From: a virus
Lineage: Duplodnaviria; Heunggongvirae; Uroviricota; Caudoviricetes
IMG/VR virus record: IMGVR_UViG_3300026478_000263
Strand: one strand, 5' to 3'
Length of the DNA: 64,000 nucleotides
The notes beneath the pieces were generated by a model. That model was not told the origin of the DNA, did no database searches, and worked only from the letters and a program-made list of their open reading frames with translations. The translations under genes and the position numbers were made by a program. Positions 30,793 to 38,921 of the stretch are shown here, in pieces. Each line of letters opens with the position of its first letter. The first letter of the stretch is position 1.

Positions 30793-31041
30793 ATGAACTG
30801 TGATATTTGTAAAAAAGAATATAGTCCAGATTGCGACTACAAACAAGGAAGGTGTCCGCACCACAAACCAATGATAGATATTCAATCTAAAGATACAAGT
30901 AAGTGGCATTTTAGAATCAGCATCGTTAAAAGCGGAATGAGATTTGCCGCAGGTTATAGATTAATCCAAGGCGATTTAATTGGAGCAGGAGTGTTTATTA
31001 TTATTGCTGAAGTATTAGGAATTGCGGAGGAATTATTTTGA
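30793..31041 (+). CDS. hypothetical protein (start re-called to 30793; predicted leaderless)
   Basis: ATG 6 nt after TATAAT; CxxC...C...CPHH N-terminus and hydrophobic C-terminus. Confidence 0.6.
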   Translation: MNCDICKKEYSPDCDYKQGRCPHHKPMIDIQSKDTSKWHFRISIVKSGMRFAAGYRLIQGDLIGAGVFIIIAEVLGIAEELF

Positions 31042-31259
31042 CAGACGAACGATTAGAAGAATTATACGGAACGTATCTGTCATTCACAGATACCATGGCT
31101 GGAGAATACGGGCCATTGCCTGTAGCGGCTATTATGATTGCACAGGCACTGACCATTTATAAATCTGCGCTAAGTCCAGAAGAATATGACACTATGGTGG
31201 ATAATATTAGTGAAAGCAGAGATCAAGTTAAAACTTTTCAAAAGGCATCGTTACAATGA
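31038..31259 (+). CDS. hypothetical phage protein
   Basis: 73-aa ORF, TTGA overlap. Confidence 0.6.
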   Translation: MTDERLEELYGTYLSFTDTMAGEYGPLPVAAIMIAQALTIYKSALSPEEYDTMVDNISESRDQVKTFQKASLQ

Positions 31260-32182
31260 AAGAATTATGGGTAGAAAAGTATCGTCCTAAAACTGTAGAT
31301 GGTTATGTGTTTAAGGATGAAACACTAAAACAGCAAATTGAAAAATGGATTAGTCAGAAGGCTATTCCGCACTTGCTGTTTAGCGGCAATGCTGGTACAG
31401 GCAAAACTACACTGGCTAAAGTATTGTTAAATGAAATCGGTGTCGAAGACACAGACATTCTTATTGCTAACGGCAGTAAGGAAGGTCGTAAAATTGAATG
31501 GATTGATAAACTAATCGGTTTTTGTCAAACTATGCCGTTTGGCGACTATAAAGTTGTGCTGATCGACGAAGCAGATTATATGAACAAAGATTCTGTTCAA
31601 CCAGCACTACGTAACTTAATGGAAGATTACAGTAACAGCGTTCGCTTTATTTTTACTTGTAACTATCCACACAGAATTATTACTCCAGTTAAAAGTCGTT
31701 GCCAAGAAATTAAAATTGAACGCACAGACATTACAGAGTTTACTGCTCGTGTAGCAACTATTCTTGTAGAAGAAAATATCGAATTTGACTTGGATACACT
31801 GGACACTTATGTCAAAGGTACATATCCAGATTTGCGTAAGTGTATTAACAACGTTCAAATGAACAGTTTGGCTGGTAAATTAATACTGCCAGATGCTGTA
31901 GAAGGTAGTGCAGATTACAGAGTTGAAATGGTTGAACTGTTTAAGAAAGGCCGTATTCAAGAAGCACGTAAACTGTTATGTAGTCAAGCCCGTCCAGAAG
32001 AAATGGAAGAAATCTACACTTGGATGTACAACAACATTACTCTGTTTGGCAAGGACGAGCATACACAAGACAATGCTGTGCTGGTAATTAAACAAGGATT
32101 AGTGGATCACGTATCTATGGCAGATCCTGAAATTAATCTAGCGGCCACGCTGATTAGATTAGCAAGACTCAATGAAGCCTAA
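31256..32182 (+). CDS. clamp loader AAA+ subunit (T4 gp44/RFC-like)
   Basis: LWVEKYRPKT, Walker A GNAGTGKT, Walker B VLIDEAD, SRC motif. Confidence 0.93.
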   Translation: MKELWVEKYRPKTVDGYVFKDETLKQQIEKWISQKAIPHLLFSGNAGTGKTTLAKVLLNEIGVEDTDILIANGSKEGRKIEWIDKLIGFCQTMPFGDYKVVLIDEADYMNKDSVQPALRNLMEDYSNSVRFIFTCNYPHRIITPVKSRCQEIKIERTDITEFTARVATILVEENIEFDLDTLDTYVKGTYPDLRKCINNVQMNSLAGKLILPDAVEGSADYRVEMVELFKKGRIQEARKLLCSQARPEEMEEIYTWMYNNITLFGKDEHTQDNAVLVIKQGLVDHVSMADPEINLAATLIRLARLNEA

Positions 32183-32621
32183 GTTAGTAAAAGCATACAT
32201 GAAAACTGCGGAAACATTCGCAGAACTCAGTCATGCTCGTCGATTACACGTAGGTGCCATTGTAGTTAAAGACGATAGAATTATTAGTATTGGCTACAAT
32301 GGTATGCCAGCAGGTTGGGATAATAACTGCGAATATGAGATTTGGGAAGATAACGGCGACGATGAACCTGAAACAGTTTTAAAAACTAAACCGGAGGTAC
32401 TACATGCCGAAACAAACGCCATTGCTAAATTGGCCCGTAGTAATGAGTCTGGGCTTGGTGCTAATATTTTTATTACTCATGCTCCTTGCCTCGATTGCGC
32501 CAAACTTATCTATCAGTCTGGCATTAATCGTGTTTACTATGGTGAAAACTATAGAGATGACTCGGGGGTCAAGTTTCTCAAAGCATCGGGCATCGAAGTA
32601 AAACAAGTGGAGGGGGATTAA
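32172..32621 (+). CDS. dCMP deaminase
   Basis: VGAIVVKD.RIISIGYNG, HAETNAI, PCLDCAK. Confidence 0.93.
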   Translation: MKPKLVKAYMKTAETFAELSHARRLHVGAIVVKDDRIISIGYNGMPAGWDNNCEYEIWEDNGDDEPETVLKTKPEVLHAETNAIAKLARSNESGLGANIFITHAPCLDCAKLIYQSGINRVYYGENYRDDSGVKFLKASGIEVKQVEGD

Positions 32622-32628
32622 CCCCTCC
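32609..32628. terminator. hairpin between convergent genes
   Basis: GGAGGGG-GATTAA-CCCCTCC; no clear U-tract. Confidence 0.55.
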
Positions 32629-32633
32629 TAGGT

Positions 32634-33389
32634 TTAATCACCGTAAATAGACAACACCTCCTTTACTGCTTCGTGTCTTTCGATATCTTTCATACCAAAT
32701 TGCACGACGCTTAACAAATCTAGTTGTTTATTTGCCAATCGCTCCGTGAAATCAATTAAACCGTTATCTTCTAATCTATCGGCTTGTCTTAAATCACCGG
32801 TTACGACCATCTTAGAGCCTTCTCCCAATCTCGTTAGCAACATCTTCATTTGATTTGGCGTAGCATTTTGCATTTCATCTGCAATAATGTATGCCTTCTT
32901 GAAGGTTCGACCTCTCATATATGCTAACGGGCTAATTTCAATAACACCTTCTCGGATCATATTCTCGATATCGCGAGCGTAATAGTACTCGGCTAGCACA
33001 TCAAAGATGGGTCTAGTCCAGGGAGCCATTTTTTGCTCTAGGGTACCAGGAAGGAATCCATGATCTTCGTCTACAGAAACAGCAGGGCGTGTTACCACGA
33101 TTTTATCTACCAACCCTTCTTTAAAGAGTTTAATACCGACTTGACACGCTATCAGCGTCTTGCCCGTGCCAGCGGGGCCCAGAGCAAAAACTATGTTTTT
33201 TGATGGGTCTAATAGTTTAAATAGATATTCTTCCTGATTACGGTTGCGCGGAATTACGTGTACGCTCTTTTTCTTCTGTGGAAGACTTTGAGGAAGTGTG
33301 TGTTGAAATGGTTGAAACTCAATAACATTTGCTCGAGGATTATTATAGCCCTCGTTGGCAAAACGTTTTTTGGCTCTTTTTGTCGTCAT
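32634..33389 (-). CDS. phoH: PhoH-family ATPase (start re-called to 33389)
   Basis: GPAGTGKT, IVVTRPAV, GFLPG, LAYMRGRTF, DEMQN, GDLRQAD; AAGGAG SD. Confidence 0.95.
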   Translation of the reverse strand: MTTKRAKKRFANEGYNNPRANVIEFQPFQHTLPQSLPQKKKSVHVIPRNRNQEEYLFKLLDPSKNIVFALGPAGTGKTLIACQVGIKLFKEGLVDKIVVTRPAVSVDEDHGFLPGTLEQKMAPWTRPIFDVLAEYYYARDIENMIREGVIEISPLAYMRGRTFKKAYIIADEMQNATPNQMKMLLTRLGEGSKMVVTGDLRQADRLEDNGLIDFTERLANKQLDLLSVVQFGMKDIERHEAVKEVLSIYGD

Positions 33390-33465
33390 TAACTGCTCTC
33401 CTTTTGAGGCGTAGGACGTCATATTGTCACACTTCTTGTAGGACAACTGAGAGGTCCTACAAAAA

Positions 33466-33524
33466 TATTTAACATCTAGAAGAAAAATAGAACTGATACT
33501 ATATCAAAATCGTCTAGATAAATA
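33466..33524. promoter_or_regulatory. divergent pair of late promoters
   Basis: GTTAAATA on minus (33466-33473) and GATAAATA on plus (33517-33524). Confidence 0.65.
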
Positions 33525-33547
33525 CTTCATCGAGGGATGACTGAAAA

Positions 33548-34114
33548 ATGCACGATATTTTAGATATTATAGAAAACATCAACACCATATATAACAACAA
33601 TAGTAGCCTTGCAATCCTTAAGGATTTCGAGCGTGTATTTGACGAGTTGGATATGTATGTATTTGAAAACTGGCGCGATGGAGAACTTATCAAAGGACCT
33701 GTCGTTGACCGTCATTGGGTCAGTGCTAGTTTTATGTGGCCTCACAAACAAATGCCTAACCCGCAGGCCGCAAAGCGTTTGATGGAATACGGCTGTCGAG
33801 TAATTTACAAAAAAGATACATTAGTCAAGCCTAGAGAAATTAAAGAACCTGACGACATTCGTCCAGGTACAAAACTTGGTAAACTAGACGAGCATCCAAT
33901 TTGGATTGTAGAAGTACAGATGCCTAAGAAGTTAATGTTAGAAATTTTCCGTGGATATCATAACCAATTAATGGACGAACTAGAGCCAGCAAATAATGAA
34001 AAGGCGCCAGAGCTTACACCTCCACCAGCAGGTGAAGCCACAGCAGGCGCACCACCAGCGGCCGCAGCCGCTCCAGCACCAGGAGGAGAAGCAAGTGCCC
34101 CACCAGCCGCTTAA
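33548..34114 (+). CDS. hypothetical late protein with Pro/Ala tail
   Basis: 188-aa ORF behind late promoter. Confidence 0.75.
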   Translation: MHDILDIIENINTIYNNNSSLAILKDFERVFDELDMYVFENWRDGELIKGPVVDRHWVSASFMWPHKQMPNPQAAKRLMEYGCRVIYKKDTLVKPREIKEPDDIRPGTKLGKLDEHPIWIVEVQMPKKLMLEIFRGYHNQLMDELEPANNEKAPELTPPPAGEATAGAPPAAAAAPAPGGEASAPPAA

Positions 34115-34838
34115 TGAAACAAGTTTACTAGCCAACGATCTAGTTAATCTAGTAAATCGTGTATTCGAAGTAGACAATTATAAATCTAAAATGGGCGACG
34201 ACGAAGATGTCGTTGTTTTAAGTTTTACTGTGGAAAGTCGCAGTCCGGCAGAAGACTTAGTTAGTTTTGTAGAAAAAGGTTACGACTTTGTTCTAGATGC
34301 TGACATGAGTCCCGGTGAATTAGAAGATGGAAAATATCGTGTGTTTGTAGAATTACAAAGAACAAGTAAAGTTACAGAACAAATCAGCGATATGTTATAT
34401 GGTATTTCTAAACTAGCAGGCATTGACAAGTTTGCTTTTAGATATCATAAGAGTTTTGATAGCCTAGAGGCTAATCAAGAAAAACTAGATGAAATTATTC
34501 CTACTAATCCTATGTTGTACAAACAACGTATGCAGGAACAGGAACTAAATAGTTACGAACAGTTCTTCAACAATAGTATGTTAGAAAGTGTTCGTATGCA
34601 CGGCGACATTATTGAATTTAAAAAGGTGTACGCTGAGCCATTAAAGTTCAAATATCTAGTTTCCGGCGGTACAAGAGAAGTATTAGAAAGTGTCGAAGAC
34701 AGGATTGCTGTCTCATACAACGACATGGCCGAAGTTATGTTTTTAACCAAGTACATTGGCAACTACAACATTACCAAACTGGGCAACAAGTTCATGTTTG
34801 AAAACAAAGGCCGTGCAGTTATTTTGGAGAAACTATAA
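34095..34838 (+). CDS. hypothetical late protein (start re-called to GTG 34095)
   Basis: AGGAGGAG at 34081-34088 precedes in-frame GTG; no in-frame ATG nearby. Confidence 0.65.
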   Translation: MPHQPLNETSLLANDLVNLVNRVFEVDNYKSKMGDDEDVVVLSFTVESRSPAEDLVSFVEKGYDFVLDADMSPGELEDGKYRVFVELQRTSKVTEQISDMLYGISKLAGIDKFAFRYHKSFDSLEANQEKLDEIIPTNPMLYKQRMQEQELNSYEQFFNNSMLESVRMHGDIIEFKKVYAEPLKFKYLVSGGTREVLESVEDRIAVSYNDMAEVMFLTKYIGNYNITKLGNKFMFENKGRAVILEKL

Positions 34839-35464
34839 TGAGTTTTACGTTTGATTTTAAGAAAGAGCATTTAGCAGATATTATTCATGGCAATCCTTAT
34901 GTGGATCACTGGTATCATGCGTTATGCGAAATACTTCCAGAGTATGATATTAATACTCCAGAACGTGTAGCGGCTTTCCTAGCACAATGCGCTCATGAAA
35001 GTGGTGGGTTCAAATTCTTAAAAGAAAATTTAAATTACAAAGCCGCAAGTTTACGCAAAGTATTTCCTAAGTATTTTCCAACAGATGAATTAGCACAAGC
35101 ATATGAAAAGAAACCAGAGAAAATCGCTAACAGAATTTATGGCAACCGCATGGGTAACGGACCAGAAGAGTCCGGAGATGGTTTCCGCTACTGTGGCAGA
35201 GGTCTTATCCAACTTACCGGAAAAGACAATTACAGTTGGTTTGCCGCTAGCCTTGAAATCCCAGTTGAAGAAGCATCAGAATACCTAGAAACATTTGAAG
35301 GTGCTGTACAAAGTGCCTGCTGGTTCTGGGAAACAAATAACCTAAACCAATGGGCAGACAAGGGCGACATCCTTACATTAACAAAACGCATTAACGGCGG
35401 AACAATTGGTTTAGAAGACCGTATCAAGCATTACAATCACGCACTACACGTATTAGGAGCATAA
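34838..35464 (+). CDS. glycoside hydrolase family 19 endolysin
   Basis: RVAAFLAQCAHESGGF, ENLNY, GRGLIQLTGKDNY, INGGTIGLEDR. Confidence 0.92.
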   Translation: MSFTFDFKKEHLADIIHGNPYVDHWYHALCEILPEYDINTPERVAAFLAQCAHESGGFKFLKENLNYKAASLRKVFPKYFPTDELAQAYEKKPEKIANRIYGNRMGNGPEESGDGFRYCGRGLIQLTGKDNYSWFAASLEIPVEEASEYLETFEGAVQSACWFWETNNLNQWADKGDILTLTKRINGGTIGLEDRIKHYNHALHVLGA

Positions 35465-35465
35465 T

Positions 35466-35927
35466 ATGTGGCTACTTGCGTGGGTACCAGATAGTTTTTT
35501 ACTGTGGATTATTCATACAGTTCTTCTGGCAGGTATTGTAGGAACAGTTCTAAGTTTCTTTTTATTACATAGAATTGTTCGCTGGTTTCCAGCATTAGCA
35601 CCATATCACTTATTAATTCAAATAGTCAGCGTGACTTTATTAGTAGGCGGTGTTTATTTCAAAGGTGGATACGACACAGAAGCAAGTTGGAGAGCTAAAG
35701 TTGCAGAACTAGAACTTCAAGTTGCTAAAATGAACGACCAGTCCACAGAACTTAATAAAAAGTTAGAAGACGAACGAAAGAAAAAACAAAAAGTTCGTGT
35801 TGAATATTACAACACCGTTAAAACTGAAATTAAAGAAGTTGAAAAACAAATTAACGCAGATTGTAAGTTAGATCCTAAAGTCAATGATCTAATTAACAAA
35901 GCCGCTAAGAATCCGGAGGCAAAATGA
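35466..35927 (+). CDS. putative i-spanin (Rz-like)
   Basis: N-terminal TM helices then coiled coil; after endolysin, before a lipoprotein. Confidence 0.65.
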   Translation: MWLLAWVPDSFLLWIIHTVLLAGIVGTVLSFFLLHRIVRWFPALAPYHLLIQIVSVTLLVGGVYFKGGYDTEASWRAKVAELELQVAKMNDQSTELNKKLEDERKKKQKVRVEYYNTVKTEIKEVEKQINADCKLDPKVNDLINKAAKNPEAK

Positions 35928-36184
35928 AAAGATTACTCCTATTGATTCCCGCAGTATTGTTAACTGGTTGTTTAACAACAATTCCACCATTTCCTGAAGT
36001 TCCTAAAGAATTGCTGGAGGCTTGCCCAGACTTAAAAACTGTAGATCCACAAAACGACAAATTAAGCACTATTGTAGATACTGTAGCAGATAACTACAAA
36101 CAATACTACGACTGTAAGGCTAAAGTTGACGATTGGATCGAATGGTACAACGGGCAGAAAAAAATCAGAGATAGTGTTAAATAA
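35924..36184 (+). CDS. putative o-spanin lipoprotein (Rz1-like)
   Basis: signal peptide with LLTGC lipobox, Pro-rich mature N-terminus. Confidence 0.75.
   Translation: MKRLLLLIPAVLLTGCLTTIPPFPEVPKELLEACPDLKTVDPQNDKLSTIVDTVADNYKQYYDCKAKVDDWIEWYNGQKKIRDSVK
36176..36183 (+). promoter_or_regulatory. late promoter variant
   Basis: GTTAAATA at gene end, AAGGAG SD downstream. Confidence 0.5.
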
Positions 36185-36209
36185 TAGTATATTATAAAGG
36201 AGCCGAGAA

Positions 36210-36773
36210 GTGGCATTACATGATTCAATTTTAAAACTAATCAATAAAGAACCTAAGGACGAAAGCGCACCAAAGCCAGCACCCGGTTCTCGCAGTGAGC
36301 GTGAAGCAAAGATTAAAGATAAAGCAGGTATGGTTATTTCTGTATTTGCATTATTCCTAGCAGTAAACAGTTGGTACGGTGGTAAATTGTCTAGTACAGT
36401 TTTAAACAATACACTAGGTGCTAACAATGCTTGGGCACAATATCAAGCGAAAAACAATCGTTTAGTTAGTTACGAAATTGCTAGTAAGACTACTAGCGAT
36501 CCTAAACTACGTGCAGAGTTTAAAGCAGAAGCAGAACGCATGGACAGTGATAAGAAAGAAATTGCTGTAAATGCACGTAAGATGGAAGCAGAGCGTGAAC
36601 ACGCTAAAAAATCTAGTCCATGGATTGGTTATGCTAGTACAGCATATCAGTTAGCCATTGTTGTTCTATCAGCAAGTATTCTTGCAGTTAGTATGGCAAT
36701 GTTTTGGAGCAGTTTTGTAGTAGCAGGTATCGGACTAGTATTAAGCCTAAACGGTTTATTCCTCTGGTTCTAA
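36210..36773 (+). CDS. membrane protein (DUF4337-like)
   Basis: TM helix, NAWAQYQAK, C-terminal TM hairpin. Confidence 0.6.
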   Translation: MALHDSILKLINKEPKDESAPKPAPGSRSEREAKIKDKAGMVISVFALFLAVNSWYGGKLSSTVLNNTLGANNAWAQYQAKNNRLVSYEIASKTTSDPKLRAEFKAEAERMDSDKKEIAVNARKMEAEREHAKKSSPWIGYASTAYQLAIVVLSASILAVSMAMFWSSFVVAGIGLVLSLNGLFLWF

Positions 36774-36791
36774 AAATTAAAAGGAGCGAAT

Positions 36792-37313
36792 ATGAGCGAG
36801 TATAAAGATATGAGTGATTCAGAAAAGAAAAAAGAAGATTGGATGAACAGTAAATGGCGTCCAATGATGGGCTGGTTATACATGGGCGTTTGTGCATTTG
36901 ACTTCGTTCTATTTCCAATCCTATGGTCAATGTTACAAGCAATTATGCACGTATCACAAATTACACAATGGCAACCATTGACATTACAAGGTGCTGGATT
37001 ATTCCACATCGCAATGGGTGCTGTTCTAGGTATCGCGGCAATGGGTCGCACACAAGAAAAATTAGCAGGAGCAAACAATGGCGGAGCACCAACCACAGCA
37101 CCAAGCGGCTTTACAGCACCTAGCGCACCTTCAACAGGATTTGGTGCCGCACCTGGGACTTTCGGTTCTGCAACACCAAGCCCAGCACCAGCACCAAGTG
37201 GCTTTGGCGGAGGCGGGTTTGGAAGCACACCTAAGGCAACTCCAGCGCCAGCAGTAGGATTCTCAAGCAGTGGCAAACCAATGCCTGTACAACCAGAACA
37301 ACCAGAACTCTAA
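36792..37313 (+). CDS. putative holin (3TM-holin-like) with Gly/Pro/Ala tail
   Basis: WMNSKWRPMMGWLY...FHIAMGAVLGIAAMGRTQEK; in lysis cassette. Confidence 0.65.
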   Translation: MSEYKDMSDSEKKKEDWMNSKWRPMMGWLYMGVCAFDFVLFPILWSMLQAIMHVSQITQWQPLTLQGAGLFHIAMGAVLGIAAMGRTQEKLAGANNGGAPTTAPSGFTAPSAPSTGFGAAPGTFGSATPSPAPAPSGFGGGGFGSTPKATPAPAVGFSSSGKPMPVQPEQPEL

Positions 37314-37325
37314 AAGGAGAGACAA

Positions 37326-37538
37326 ATGAAAACATTCTTAGCATTATTATTAACAGCGGCATTTGCAATGCCAACAATGGCTGCTGAAGAAGCACCAAAA
37401 ACTAAAAAGGCTTGCGTAACTCAAAAGGACGCAAAAACTGGTAAGGAAAAAGAAGTTTGTAAAACAGTCAAAGTACACAAAAAGCACGAAGGTACCAAAG
37501 TAGAAGGTACTAAGCCAGATACAGCGACTAAGAAATAA
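37326..37538 (+). CDS. small exported protein
   Basis: signal peptide MKTFLALLLTAAFAMPTMA; Cys pair; AGGAG SD. Confidence 0.7.
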   Translation: MKTFLALLLTAAFAMPTMAAEEAPKTKKACVTQKDAKTGKEKEVCKTVKVHKKHEGTKVEGTKPDTATKK

Positions 37539-37542
37539 ATTC

Positions 37543-37590
37543 TTGACATCTTAAGAAAGGTATAGTATAATTACTACTATACCTTTTTTC
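37543..37590 (+). promoter_or_regulatory. sigma70 promoter overlapped by a 12-bp hairpin with U-tract
   Basis: TTGACA(37543-37548)-17 nt-TATAAT(37566-37571); AAAGGTATAGTA/TACTATACCTTT stem at 37556-37586. Confidence 0.85.
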
Positions 37591-37600
37591 ATCATACACT

Positions 37601-38425
37601 ATGGATTATTATTCAATACTAGGAGTTTCAAAATCTGCTAGCCAAGACGATATCAAAAAAGCATATCGTAAATTGGCTTCAAAGCACCATCCTGACAGAG
37701 GCGGCGATACTTCTAAATTTCAACAAATTGAAGAAGCATATCGCACCCTTAGTGATGACCAAAAACGAGCTCAATACGACAACCCAATGCCACAGTATAG
37801 TTTTCATACTGGCAATATGAACGACATGAATGATTTGTTTGGTGCCATGTTTGGTGCTAATCCCTTTGGTGCTGGCTTTAGACAGCAGTCCAGAAAGAAC
37901 AGGAATATCAATATCCGTGTCGAAATGACTTTAGAAGAAATACTTGTCGGCAAAGAAGTTACTGGCAGTATCAGATTACCTAGTGGAAAAGAACAGGCAC
38001 TACAATTAAGTATTCCTGCAGGTGTACAAAACGGTGACTCAATTCGTTTTAGAGGATTAGGAGACGACAGCATTCCTAATATGCCTAGGGGCGATGTAAT
38101 AGCACAAATTATTGAACTTCCACATCCAAGATTCAAACGTGATGGCAGGAACTTATATGCAGAAGTAGAAATTTCTGCGTTTGATGCTATGTTAGGAAAA
38201 ACAATCCGCTTTAAAACATTAGAAGACAAAGAATTAGAAATCAAAGTTCCGGCAGGCATACAACCTAGTCAAATGATTAAGTGTGATAGTTACGGACTTC
38301 CAGTCGGTCCACACAATCATCAAAGAGGAAATTTGTTTATACAAGTACAAATTACAATTCCCAAAATACTATTCACGGAAGATAAGATTCAAATTGAGCA
38401 ACTTTCAGACCGTTACAGAACCTAA
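37601..38425 (+). CDS. dnaJ: DnaJ-class co-chaperone lacking the zinc finger (CbpA-like)
   Basis: [10 protein letters not shown]-domain HPD, G/F-rich linker, DnaJ C-terminal domain. Confidence 0.92.
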   Translation: MDYYSILGVSKSASQDDIKKAYRKLASKHHPDRGGDTSKFQQIEEAYRTLSDDQKRAQYDNPMPQYSFHTGNMNDMNDLFGAMFGANPFGAGFRQQSRKNRNINIRVEMTLEEILVGKEVTGSIRLPSGKEQALQLSIPAGVQNGDSIRFRGLGDDSIPNMPRGDVIAQIIELPHPRFKRDGRNLYAEVEISAFDAMLGKTIRFKTLEDKELEIKVPAGIQPSQMIKCDSYGLPVGPHNHQRGNLFIQVQITIPKILFTEDKIQIEQLSDRYRT

Positions 38426-38921
38426 AGATTTTTATCTTAGAACAGATCCAGACCCAATACTCTATACAAAATTAGAGCCCTTTGATTTTAATTGCGGCAT
38501 CGATCCTAACCAAATAGAACAAGCCATGGTCGAGATAATGCTAGGCGGCCGTGGCATCGGCATTGCCGCTAATCAAGTTGGATTTGATCGCAGAGTTGTT
38601 GTAGTCAAACCTAGTGGGCAAGAACCATTTGCCATGTTTAATCCCGAAATTGTCAGCGGATCCGACGAGTGTATAGACGAGGAAGGCTGTTTGAGTTTTC
38701 CAAATTTGTTCATAAAGATTAACAGATTTAATAATATTACAATAAAATATCTTGACAAGACAGCAAAAGAATGTACAATTACATTAAGTGGTTATGACGC
38801 CAAGTGTATTCAACATGAAATTGACCACTTAGACGGCATTACTTTTACCAAAAGAGTAAGTAAGTTAAAGTTAGATTTAGCACTGAAAAAACAGAGGAAA
38901 TTAAATGGTAGAACCAAGTGA
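38394..38921 (+). CDS. def: peptide deformylase (start uncertain; in-frame TTG 38394 used)
   Basis: [26 protein letters not shown]. Confidence 0.92.
   Translation: MSNFQTVTEPKDFYLRTDPDPILYTKLEPFDFNCGIDPNQIEQAMVEIMLGGRGIGIAANQVGFDRRVVVVKPSGQEPFAMFNPEIVSGSDECIDEEGCLSFPNLFIKINRFNNITIKYLDKTAKECTITLSGYDAKCIQHEIDHLDGITFTKRVSKLKLDLALKKQRKLNGRTK
38752..38779 (+). promoter_or_regulatory. possible internal sigma70 promoter for clpA
   Basis: TTGACA-16 nt-TACAAT inside def. Confidence 0.5.
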
